Positions 26,168-34,197 of a DNA stretch of 59,326 nucleotides are shown here, one piece after another; position 1 is the stretch's first letter, and each line of letters begins with the position of its first letter. Origin of the DNA: Acidimicrobiia bacterium (lineage in GTDB: Bacteria > Actinomycetota > Acidimicrobiia > Acidimicrobiales > Aldehydirespiratoraceae); the NCBI GenBank assembly GCA_030432715.1, contig JAUIML010000002.1:1-59326 (forward strand). The letters are read 5' to 3'. A program made the translations under genes and the position numbers. The notes under the pieces were generated by a model that worked only from the letters and a program-made list of their open reading frames with translations, was not told the origin of the DNA and made no database searches.

Positions 26168-28044
26168 CAGGCACCCGCTCCCGGTGCGGCACGATCCACG
26201 GCGAGCACCTCGCGATACCGCTCGTTGCCGGCGAGTAGCTCGGCGTGGGTGCCTTCGGCGGCCACGCGACCGTTGTCGAGGAGCACGACCCGGTCGGCCA
26301 GGGCGATCGTCGCCGGGCGATGGGCGATGACGATCGTCGTGCGCCGGGCCATCACCTCGCCCAGGGCGTCGCGGATCTCGTGCTCCTTTGTGGGGTCGAC
26401 CGCCGACGTCGCGTCGTCGAGGATCAACACCCGCGGATCAGCCAGGATCGCCCTCGCGATCGCGAGCCGTTGCCGTTGGCCGCCGGAGAGGGAGAAGCCC
26501 CGCTCTCCGATCACCGTGTCGTACCCCTCCGGCATCTCGGCGATGAACTCGTCGGCGCCGGCGAGCCGGGCGGCCCGTTCCACCACGTCCTGCGTGGCCT
26601 CCGGGTCGGCGAACGCGATGTTGTCGCGAATCGACGAGGAGAACAGGAACGTCTCCTCGAAGACGATGCCGACCGCACGGCGAAGCTCCTGACGGCGCAC
26701 GGTGCGGACGTCGACACCGTCGAGCCGTACGTCGCCACGATCGACGTCGTAAAACCGCGGCAGCAGACGCGCCACGGTGCTCTTCCCGGAGCCGGTCGCC
26801 CCTACCAGCGCGACCGACTCACCCGGCTCGATCGTGAGGTCGAGGCCGTTCAGGACTCCGGCGTCGGTGTCGGGCCGATAGTCGAAGGAGACGTTGCGGA
26901 ACTCGACCCGCCCGAGCGCGCCCGTGGCGGGCAGCGGCACCGGTCGCTCCGGGTCGACGATGCGCGGCGCGGTCTCGAGCACTTCGCTGATGCGCTCGCC
27001 GGCCGACGCGGCCCGCTGGGCGTTGGCCACGATCATGCCGAGCATCCGCAGGGGCTGGACGAGCATGAGCACGTAGATGTTGAAGCTGACGAGCTCCCCC
27101 ACCGTCATGTCGCCGTTGAGCACGAGGTGACCGCCGTAGCCCAGCACCGTGATGAGGCCGATGTTGGGCAGGACCTCGATCGCCGGCATGTAGCGAGCCC
27201 TGATCACCGAGGCCCGCATCGACTCGTCGAAGACGTCGTCGGCTTCGACCTCCAACTTGGCCGCCTGCACCGGCTCCGACCCGAAGCCCTTGACGACCCG
27301 CACGCCCGAGACCGTCTCCTCCACCACCGCGGCGAGCTGCGCAGCCTCCTGTTGCACGGCGAGCACCGCGGGGTGGAGTCGTTGGGCGAACCGGCGCCCG
27401 AGCACGTTGACGAACGGGAGCGAGACGAGGGCGAGCAGCGCCAGCATCGGCTGGATGATGACCATGATCAGCGTCACGGCGCAGACGATCAGGAAGTTGC
27501 CGAAGGTGAGCGGCACCAGCACGACGACGTTCTGGAAGTGCTGGAGATCGGTGTTGCCGCGGCTCATGAGCTCGCCGGTCGCGTTGGCGTCGTGGAACGA
27601 GAAGTGGAGTCGTTGCACGTGGGCGAAGATCCGGTCGCGCAACTTCGCCTCGATGATGCGGGCGTTGCGGAAGGCCAGATAGCGGCGAACGCCCAGGAAC
27701 ACGGCCGACACGAAGCCGGCCCCGAGGATCAGCAACACCCAGCCCAGGAGCGGGCCGTCCTCTCGCACCCCCCGGTCGAGGCCGAGCTGGACCATGAGGG
27801 GAACGGTGACCCGCCCGGCCGTCCACATGACCGACGCGAGCATGCCCAAGAGCACGCCCCACTTCTCCTCCTTCGCCGTCTGCCAGATCAGCGCCCAGCC
27901 GGCGCGACCCGTCGAGTCGAACGCGCCGGCGCCCGCCTTCAGTCGATCTGGCGCGTGCTCCTGTGCCGTTGCAGTCAGCGTCGATCCCTCCCCGACTCGA
28001 CCTTCACACGGGAGGCGTCCACCGGTCCATTCGGTTTCCGCCAA
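26167..28044 (-). CDS. ABC exporter, fused permease/ATPase (first half of a heterodimer)
   Basis: 625 aa. GATGSGKST, LSGGQRQRLAIARAIL, ILDDATS. The N-terminal start is uncertain. Confidence 0.85.
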   Translation of the reverse strand: MAETEWTGGRLPCEGRVGEGSTLTATAQEHAPDRLKAGAGAFDSTGRAGWALIWQTAKEEKWGVLLGMLASVMWTAGRVTVPLMVQLGLDRGVREDGPLLGWVLLILGAGFVSAVFLGVRRYLAFRNARIIEAKLRDRIFAHVQRLHFSFHDANATGELMSRGNTDLQHFQNVVVLVPLTFGNFLIVCAVTLIMVIIQPMLALLALVSLPFVNVLGRRFAQRLHPAVLAVQQEAAQLAAVVEETVSGVRVVKGFGSEPVQAAKLEVEADDVFDESMRASVIRARYMPAIEVLPNIGLITVLGYGGHLVLNGDMTVGELVSFNIYVLMLVQPLRMLGMIVANAQRAASAGERISEVLETAPRIVDPERPVPLPATGALGRVEFRNVSFDYRPDTDAGVLNGLDLTIEPGESVALVGATGSGKSTVARLLPRFYDVDRGDVRLDGVDVRTVRRQELRRAVGIVFEETFLFSSSIRDNIAFADPEATQDVVERAARLAGADEFIAEMPEGYDTVIGERGFSLSGGQRQRLAIARAILADPRVLILDDATSAVDPTKEHEIRDALGEVMARRTTIVIAHRPATIALADRVVLLDNGRVAAEGTHAELLAGNERYREVLAVDRAAPGAGA

Positions 28045-28178
28045 CCGGATTCACGTCCGTCGGATGACGCTACTGCTGCGGCGGGCCGGAACCCGTCACG
28101 CCGGTGGCCGGACGCGCAACCGGCCGCAGGGACGCCCACGAGGAACATCGCCTGCAGCCGGCGCGACGAGGGTCCGAC

Positions 28179-28655
28179 TCAGCCGAGCAGCGTCGGGAGC
28201 TGTTCGGCGACCTCTTCGGGGGTCACCATCGGTGAGAACCGTGCGACCACGTCGCCGGCCGAGTTCACGAGGAACTTCTCGAAGTTCCAGGTGATGTCGG
28301 AGGTCTCGCCCTCACCGGGCTGCTCCGACTTCAACCAGTCGTAGAGGTCACAGGCGCCGTCGCCGTTGACCTCGATCTTGGCGAACATCGGGAAGTCGAT
28401 GTCGTAGTTGTCCGTCACGAAGGTGCGGATCTCCTCGGCCGAACCCGGTTCCTGGCCGCCGAACTGGTTGCACGGGAAGCCCAGGACCTGGACCCCGTTG
28501 TCGTCATGATGAAGCGTACGCAGACCTGCGTACTGAGGCGTGAGGCCTCAAGCGGAGGCGACGTTGACGATGAGCACGGCGCTGTCGGCGAAATCGCTGA
28601 ACGACACCTGTTCACCCTCGAGCGACGCCATCTCGAACTCGTGGAAACGAGCCAT
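28179..28655 (-). CDS. gpx: Glutathione peroxidase with in-frame TGA (predicted selenocysteine) at the peroxidatic position, codon 36
   Basis: ATG at 28653-28655, with AGGGAG 6 nt upstream. My translation: MARFHEFEMASLEGEQVSFSDFADSAVLIVNVASA-[TGA 28548-28550]-GLTPQYAGLRTLHHDDNGVQVLGFPCNQFGGQEPGSAEEIRTFVTDNYDIDFPMFAKIEV...WNFEKFLV. The track shows only the C-terminal fragment 28179-28418. Confidence 0.8.
28516..28533 (-). other. SECIS-like hairpin GUACGCA-GGUC-UGCGUAC, starting 14 nt after the GPx UGA
   Basis: Perfect 7-bp stem with a GGUC loop, read directly. The apical GCAGGUCUGC matches the E. coli fdhF SECIS apex as I recall it. Confidence 0.65.
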
Positions 28656-28762
28656 GGATCTCCCTTGTCAGGCGCCGGGTCCGTCCCGGCGGAATGGATC
28701 GTAGCGGGCCGGCCGAGACCGCACCCACGGAGCCGCCGGCGGAGTCACCCGCGATCTGGGGT

Positions 28763-28791
28763 GAGAAAGTCGCGTCCAGCGCGACTTTCTC
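28763..28791 (-). terminator. Perfect 12-bp hairpin GAGAAAGTCGCG-TCCAG-CGCGACTTTCTC between the MoaD-like gene and gpx
   Basis: Read directly. It lies 43 nt downstream of the MoaD-like stop on the minus strand. No U-tract. Confidence 0.55.
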
Positions 28792-28833
28792 GGTTAAGAA
28801 GCCGGAGGGGTGAGACGGCCGGGGGTTGGGCGG

Positions 28834-29082
28834 TCAGCCGCCGGCGATGGGGGCGAGGAAGTGGACGTCGGCGTCGGGACCCACGGCCGCATAGATCGTG
28901 CCCTTGGGTTGGAGCTCGCCGTCGATCGCGACCGACGAACCCTCGCGCAGCAACGGGCCGAGGCCCTCGAAGCGGGTCGCGAGCTCGTCGATGACGGCAC
29001 CGACGGTGGCCCCGTCCACCTCCAGCTCCCGCACCCCGTCGGTGAAGGCGGCGTGGTTGGCCTGGAGGTGAACGGTCGCCAT
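28834..29082 (-). CDS. MoaD/ThiS-family ubiquitin-like sulfur-carrier protein (C-terminal GG)
   Basis: 82 aa. MATVHLQANHAAFTDGVRELEVDGATVGAVIDELATRF...DADVHFLAPIAGG. Confidence 0.7.
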   Translation of the reverse strand: MATVHLQANHAAFTDGVRELEVDGATVGAVIDELATRFEGLGPLLREGSSVAIDGELQPKGTIYAAVGPDADVHFLAPIAGG

Positions 29083-29092
29083 CGATCGTCGA

Positions 29093-31333
29093 CTACCGCT
29101 CGTTGAGCGCCTTGAGCACGTTGGGCGGCGACATCGGCAGGTTGGTCATGCGCACGCCGGTCTGGTCGGCGATGGCGTTGGCCAGGGTGCCGATCGGCGG
29201 GACGATGCCGGTCTCCCCCACGCCGCGCACGCCGTAGGGGTGGCTCGGGTTGGGCACCTCGACGATGATCGTCTCGATCATCGGCAGGTCCGACGCCACC
29301 GGCATGCGGTAGTCGAGGAATCCGGCGTTCTGCATCACCCCGTCGGCGGAGAAGATGTACTCCTCGTTGAGTGCCCATCCGATGCCCTGGGCGGATCCGC
29401 CCTGCATCTGGCCCTCGACATACGACGGGTGGATGGCCGTGCCCGCGTCCTGGGCCGCGGTGTAGCGCAGGATCTCGACCTGGCCCGTCTCCTCGTCGAC
29501 CCGCACGTCGGCGAGGTGCGCGGCGAACGAGGGGCCGGCACCGGCCGCGTTGAGCGAGGCCGTCGCGGTGAGCGGACCACCGGTCATCTTCGCGGCGGCG
29601 GTGATCTCCGCGATCGAGACCGGATCGGCCCCCTCCGAGGGCGGACCCTCGATGACCGCGGCGCCGTCGATCCAGGCGACCTGGTCGGCGGCGACGCCGC
29701 GCATCACCGCGGCCCGCTCCTTCATCTGCTCGATGAGGTCGCGGCACGCGTTGACCACGGCCATCCCGGTGGCGAAGGTGGCCCGACTGCCCTCGGTGAT
29801 GTCGGTGAACCCGACCGACTCGGTGTCGGCCACGATCGGGGTGATCCGGTGGACGTCGAGCCCGAGCTCCTCGGCCGCCATCAGCGCCATCGAGGCCCGA
29901 CTACCACCGATGTCGGGACTGCCGGTGATCACGGTCGCGGTGCCGTCCTCGTTGAGGTTGACGGTCGCACTCGACTGTTCGCCGATGTTGAACCAGAACC
30001 CGGTGCCGAACCCGCGACCGGCGCCCTCGGGCACCGGGGAGTTGTAGTGCTCGCTGTTCTTGATCGCCTCGAGCGTCTCGATGAAGCCGATCTTCGGGTG
30101 GGGTGCACCCATCGCCGTGGGGTCGCCCTCGACCACCGCGTTCTTCAGTCGGAGCTCGATCGGATCCATCTCCAGCTGGTCGGCGACTTCGTCGATGAGC
30201 GTCTCGATGGCGAACGCGGCCTGTGGGGCGGACGGGGCCCGGTAGGCGGCCGACTTGGGGGTGTTGTCGACCGTGCCGATCGCCATCAGATCGAGGTTGG
30301 GGAACTTGTAGGAGGCGATGGACATGGCGCCGGTGAGGGCGGCGTATCCCTTGGCCGAACCGTTGCTGTAGTGGAGCGTGCCCTGGATGGTGGTGAGTTC
30401 GCCGTCCTTGGTGGCACCCATCTTCATGTGGATCTTCGACGCCGGTGCCGGACCGGTGGCCCGCAGCACCTCTTCCCGGGTCATCACGATCTTCACCGGA
30501 CGACCGGCCTTCTGGCTCAGCCGCACCGCGATCGGCTCGAGATAGATGGTGGTCTTGCCCCCGAAGCCGCCACCGATCTCGGCCGGCGTCACCTTGATCT
30601 TGTCGGTCCCCCACCCGAGGATCTTGGCGGTCTTGGACCGCACCGCGAAGTGCCCCTGCGACGAGGCCCAGATGGTCGCCTTGCCGTCCTGGCCCACGTC
30701 GGCCACACAGGCGTGGGGTTCGATGTAGCCCTGGTGCACGGCCTTGGTCGTGAAGGTCCGTTCGACTATCACGTCGGCCGCCGCGAATCCGGCGTCGACG
30801 TCGCCGCGCTGGAACGGACCGACCGACGCGATGTTGGACGGCTCGGTGTCGCCGGTGAAGAGCGTCCGGTTGGTCGAGTTGGCGATCGGGGCACCCTCGG
30901 CGATCGCCTCGTCGATGGAGAGCACGGCCGGGAGCACTTCGTATTCGACTTCGACCGCAGCGGCCGCGGCGCGGGCCTCTTCCATCGTGGTGGCGGCGAC
31001 GGCAGCCACTGCGTGACCGACGTAGAGCGCCTCGTCGCGGGCGATGTTGTTGACCGCCTCGTCGTGCGCCGAGTCGCTCGGATCGATGGCCGGGAAGTCG
31101 GCACCCGTGACGACCGACTTCACGCCGGGCATCGCCTCGGCCGCGCTGGTGTCGATCGACACGATCCGGGCGTGGGCGTGGGGCGAGCGGACGATCGCAC
31201 CGCGGAGCTGGCCCGTGAGGTCGAGGTCGGCCGCGAACCGGGCCTTGCCGGTGACCTTGTCGAGCCCGTCGTGGCGGACGGGCCGGGTGCCCACGTACTT
31301 GTACTTCGATGGGGGGTTCTCTGTCGCGGTCAC
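29093..31333 (-). CDS. Xanthine dehydrogenase-family molybdopterin-binding large subunit (CoxL-like; not a canonical CO dehydrogenase)
   Basis: Track ORF 29093-32005, trimmed to GTG 31333, which overlaps the small-subunit TGA. VTATENPPSKYKYVGTRPVRHDGLDKVTGKARFAADL... It contains AAYRAPSAPQAAFAIE rather than AYxCSFR. Confidence 0.85.
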   Translation of the reverse strand: MTATENPPSKYKYVGTRPVRHDGLDKVTGKARFAADLDLTGQLRGAIVRSPHAHARIVSIDTSAAEAMPGVKSVVTGADFPAIDPSDSAHDEAVNNIARDEALYVGHAVAAVAATTMEEARAAAAAVEVEYEVLPAVLSIDEAIAEGAPIANSTNRTLFTGDTEPSNIASVGPFQRGDVDAGFAAADVIVERTFTTKAVHQGYIEPHACVADVGQDGKATIWASSQGHFAVRSKTAKILGWGTDKIKVTPAEIGGGFGGKTTIYLEPIAVRLSQKAGRPVKIVMTREEVLRATGPAPASKIHMKMGATKDGELTTIQGTLHYSNGSAKGYAALTGAMSIASYKFPNLDLMAIGTVDNTPKSAAYRAPSAPQAAFAIETLIDEVADQLEMDPIELRLKNAVVEGDPTAMGAPHPKIGFIETLEAIKNSEHYNSPVPEGAGRGFGTGFWFNIGEQSSATVNLNEDGTATVITGSPDIGGSRASMALMAAEELGLDVHRITPIVADTESVGFTDITEGSRATFATGMAVVNACRDLIEQMKERAAVMRGVAADQVAWIDGAAVIEGPPSEGADPVSIAEITAAAKMTGGPLTATASLNAAGAGPSFAAHLADVRVDEETGQVEILRYTAAQDAGTAIHPSYVEGQMQGGSAQGIGWALNEEYIFSADGVMQNAGFLDYRMPVASDLPMIETIIVEVPNPSHPYGVRGVGETGIVPPIGTLANAIADQTGVRMTNLPMSPPNVLKALNER

Positions 31334-31815
31334 GACTTCGCTCCGTTCAGTTGGACGGCGGCTTCTTGGACGGCGTGGATGATCTTGTCGTAGCCCGTAC
31401 AGCGGCAGAGGTTGCCGGCCAGGGCGTAGCGGATCTCGGTCTCGGTGGGCGTCGGATTCTCGTCGAGCAACACCTTGGCCGCGACCAGGAAGCCCGGCGT
31501 GCAGATGCCGCACTGCAGCGCCGCACCCTCTAGGAAGGTCTCCTGGAGCGGGTGGAGGTGGTCGCCCTGGGCGATGCCCTCGACGGTGCCGATCTCGCGA
31601 CCTTCGGCCTCGGGAGCGAACATCAGGCAGGCGCAGTTGAGCGCGCCGTCGACCGTGATCGAGCAGGCGCCACAGTCGCCGGTGCCACACCCCTCCTTCA
31701 CGCCGGTGAGTCCGAGCTCGGTGCGCAGGGCGTCGAGCAGGGAGGTGCTGTCGGTGGCGAGGAAGTCGACCTCGTCGCCGTTGACGGTGCAATGGACATG
31801 CGTGCGATTGATCAT
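31330..31815 (-). CDS. (2Fe-2S)-binding small subunit (CoxS-like)
   Basis: MINRTHVHCTVNGDEV...GCGTGDCGACSITVDG...CGICTPGF...GNLCRCTGY. ATGA overlap with the upstream gene. Confidence 0.9.
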   Translation of the reverse strand: MINRTHVHCTVNGDEVDFLATDSTSLLDALRTELGLTGVKEGCGTGDCGACSITVDGALNCACLMFAPEAEGREIGTVEGIAQGDHLHPLQETFLEGAALQCGICTPGFLVAAKVLLDENPTPTETEIRYALAGNLCRCTGYDKIIHAVQEAAVQLNGAKS

Positions 31816-32663
31816 GCGTTGGCCCTCTCTGCGGCGATGGTGGCGGCTCGCTTGGCGAGCACACCGGCGACCTGACGGCGGTATTCGATGGTGCCCCGCT
31901 TGTCGTCGATGGGGTTGCAGGCCGCGGACGCGGCTGCGGCCACCGCCTCGAGCGTGGCGTCGTCGAGCGTCGAACCCACCAGGGCCGCCTCGGCGTCGGG
32001 AACACGGACGACGGTCGGGGCCACGGCGCCCAACGCGACCGTGGCGGCCGTGCAGGTGCCGCCGTCCATCGTCAGACGGACGGCAGCGCCGACCACCGCG
32101 ATGTCCATCTCGGTTCGAGGAATGAGCCGCAGGTAGGCATCGGCGGTGTGGGCCGGCGGTGTGTCGACCTGGAACTCGACGACGAACTCGTCGTCGGCCA
32201 GCGAGGTCTGCCCCGGCCCGGTGACGATCTCCTCGACGGGCACGGTGCGTTCCCCGTTGCTGCCGGCGACGACGGCACGTACGGCGTTGGCCACGAGGGC
32301 GGGAACCGAGTCGGCCGCGGGCGACGCGTTGCAGAGATTGCCGCCCCAGCTCGAACGATTCTGGATCTGGTCGGAACCGATGAGGCCGCTCGCCTCGCTC
32401 AGTCCGGGGAAGGCCCCGGTGAACGCCTCGTCCGCGGTGAGGGTCGACGTCGGGGTCGCTGCGCCGACGGTCCACGTGCCGCCGGACTCACCGACGCCGA
32501 CGAGACGGTCGATCCGCTTCAGGTCGACGAGCACGGACGGCTCGGGTCGGCCCGATCGGATCTGTGGGATCAGGTCGGTGGCTCCGGCGAAGACGCGGGC
32601 GTCGGCATCGGCCGCCAGCAGCCCGACCGCCTCGTCCACCGTTGTTGGTGCGGCATATCTCAT
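31812..32663 (-). CDS. FAD-binding medium subunit (CoxM-like)
   Basis: Track ORF trimmed to ATG 32661-32663. MRYAAPTTVDEAVGLLAADADARVFAGATDLIPQIRSGRPEPSVLVDLKRI...GGNLCNASPAADS. Confidence 0.85.
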   Translation of the reverse strand: MRYAAPTTVDEAVGLLAADADARVFAGATDLIPQIRSGRPEPSVLVDLKRIDRLVGVGESGGTWTVGAATPTSTLTADEAFTGAFPGLSEASGLIGSDQIQNRSSWGGNLCNASPAADSVPALVANAVRAVVAGSNGERTVPVEEIVTGPGQTSLADDEFVVEFQVDTPPAHTADAYLRLIPRTEMDIAVVGAAVRLTMDGGTCTAATVALGAVAPTVVRVPDAEAALVGSTLDDATLEAVAAAASAACNPIDDKRGTIEYRRQVAGVLAKRAATIAAERANA

Positions 32664-32713
32664 GCGCGGCAACCTAGTCGCGCTCGACCGAGTTGTCCGA
32701 CCCGTCAGCTCGC

Positions 32714-32743
32714 CGGATCGGGCATGGATCCGCTCAGCGGATC
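32714..32743 (-). terminator. Overlapping alternative hairpins CGGATC-N7-GATCCG and GATCCGC-TCA-GCGGATC at the WS/DGAT stop codon
   Basis: Read directly. The stop codon (32734-32736) forms the loop of the second hairpin. Confidence 0.4.
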
Positions 32744-34197
32744 GTGGCGAGGATGTCGTCGAACGCGTCGACCACACACTGGCGGAATGCCGCGGGTTCG
32801 CGGATGGCGACCGGGTCGATGAACAGCCCGATGTCGAAGTTGTTGCAGTAGGACAGAGCCGTGGCGTTGCACGGCGTGCCGGCCAGCGGACCCATCGTGA
32901 CCGAGTACTCGACCTTGGCCCCACCGATGTAGAGCGGAATGGGCGCGCCACGGAGGTTCGACGTGGCCAGATCGATCTTGGCGGCCTGCGATCGGGCGGT
33001 GCGGGTGACGACGGAGGTCGGGAGCAGGTTGACGATGCCGGACAGGGCGGTGAAGCCACCGCTGCGCCCTGCCGCCTCGCGGGCCGCGTCGAGGATCTCG
33101 GCGGTGCCGGTCAACCGCTCGACCACGTCTCCCGGCGCGGCGGGCAGGTGTACCAGCACCGGGGTGAAGGCGTTGCCGCCGGCTTTGTCGTCGGTGCGGG
33201 TGCTCATGACGAACGAGACGTTGAGGGTCTCGAACGACTCCCCTCGGTCGGCGTGATAGCGAATCGCCGCGTCGGTCATCGCCGCCACGAACGCGGCGTT
33301 GACGGTGGCGCCGGCCGCCTTGCTCGCCGCCTTGAGCTCGTCGAGCGCAACGGTGACCGTCTCGAGATGGCGGTGGCGGGACCGCTCACGCCACAGGGGG
33401 GCACCCTCGCCCTCCTCGACCTCGTGGGTCAGCTGGGCTGCGGTGTCGCTGACGACCGCTGCGACCTCCCCGAGCTTTTCTCCGACACGGGAGGGATCGG
33501 CCGGCCACATCGCGACCTCGCCGGCGGTACGCCGGGCACTGCCGCCGAGGCGGCGGGCGAGATGGCCGAGCGACCCGGCCGTGGCCGCGGCGAGGCTCGG
33601 CCCGAGATCGCCGCCGGCCTCCTTCTGGCGATGCGCGGCGGCGGCTGCGGCGACGATTCCCTCCAGGTCGATGTCGGGCGCACGCGGCACGTCTCGCTCG
33701 ATGTCCTGGAACATCTCGGCGATGCGGAGCTGGCCGATGCCGTCGGAGATGGCGTGGTGCATCATCGACCACAGCGCGCCCTGGCCCGACTCGAGTCCCT
33801 CGATGACGACCATCCGCCAGAGCGGCCGGGTGCGATCGAACGGCTCCATGTAGAGCTGGGCGGCCACATCGAGCAGCTGGCGTTGCGTGCCGGGTCGCGG
33901 CAGCGTCATGACCCGGAAGTGACTGTCGAAATCGAATTCGGGATCGGGGACCCAGGCCGGTGTGGAGAGTCGCCCGAGGCCGGGTTGCACCCGTTGGGTG
34001 AACCGGGGGAGACCGGCGACGGCGACGCGCATGCGGGCTCGCAACCGGTCGACGTCGATCGGGCGGTCGAACACGAAGAGGCCACCGCCGCTCGGGTTGA
34101 GCCACGGGTCCTTCTCGATGTTCCACATGAGGGCTTCGTGGTCCGACATGCGGTCGGCCATGTCGATCTCACGGACGGGCGGTGTGGTGTCGGTCAT
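32734..34197 (-). CDS. Wax ester synthase/diacylglycerol acyltransferase (WS/DGAT)
   Basis: 487 aa. Active-site motif HHAISDG in ALWSMMHHAISDGIGQL. ATGA overlap with the upstream gene. Confidence 0.85.
   Translation of the reverse strand: MTDTTPPVREIDMADRMSDHEALMWNIEKDPWLNPSGGGLFVFDRPIDVDRLRARMRVAVAGLPRFTQRVQPGLGRLSTPAWVPDPEFDFDSHFRVMTLPRPGTQRQLLDVAAQLYMEPFDRTRPLWRMVVIEGLESGQGALWSMMHHAISDGIGQLRIAEMFQDIERDVPRAPDIDLEGIVAAAAAAHRQKEAGGDLGPSLAAATAGSLGHLARRLGGSARRTAGEVAMWPADPSRVGEKLGEVAAVVSDTAAQLTHEVEEGEGAPLWRERSRHRHLETVTVALDELKAASKAAGATVNAAFVAAMTDAAIRYHADRGESFETLNVSFVMSTRTDDKAGGNAFTPVLVHLPAAPGDVVERLTGTAEILDAAREAAGRSGGFTALSGIVNLLPTSVVTRTARSQAAKIDLATSNLRGAPIPLYIGGAKVEYSVTMGPLAGTPCNATALSYCNNFDIGLFIDPVAIREPAAFRQCVVDAFDDILATIR

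Noticed and set aside
28179-28655. Reading the TGA-interrupted GPx (and likewise 53349-53816) as a pseudogene or as two separate small ORFs
   Set aside because: Both halves keep intact family motifs in one frame. A good SD and ATG precede the N-terminal part. The TGA falls exactly on the redox Cys codon in two unrelated genes, and each has a SECIS-like GCAGGU hairpin at the expected spacing. Pseudogene status still cannot be fully excluded without finding the Sec machinery.
28045-28833. Possible tRNA-Sec (selC) or other small RNA genes in the two gaps flanking gpx (28045-28178 and 28656-28833)
   Set aside because: I could find no cloverleaf, no CUUCAAA-type anticodon loop and no T-loop GTTCGAATC-like box. 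The only strong structure is the 12-bp hairpin at 28763-28791, read as a terminator. I recognised no tRNA or rRNA anywhere in the window.
24317-31393. Plus-strand ORFs 24317-26692, 26245-28344 and 29240-31393 (700-790 aa each)
   Set aside because: They lie antisense to the ABC exporter genes and the molybdopterin subunit, all of which show complete Walker, signature or cofactor motifs on the minus strand.
29093-32663. Calling the CoxMSL-like operon an aerobic carbon monoxide dehydrogenase
   Set aside because: The large subunit lacks the form I AYxCSFR (and form II AYRGAGR) active-site loop. It has AAYRAPSAPQ instead, which points to a generic XDH/aldehyde-oxidoreductase family member of unknown substrate.
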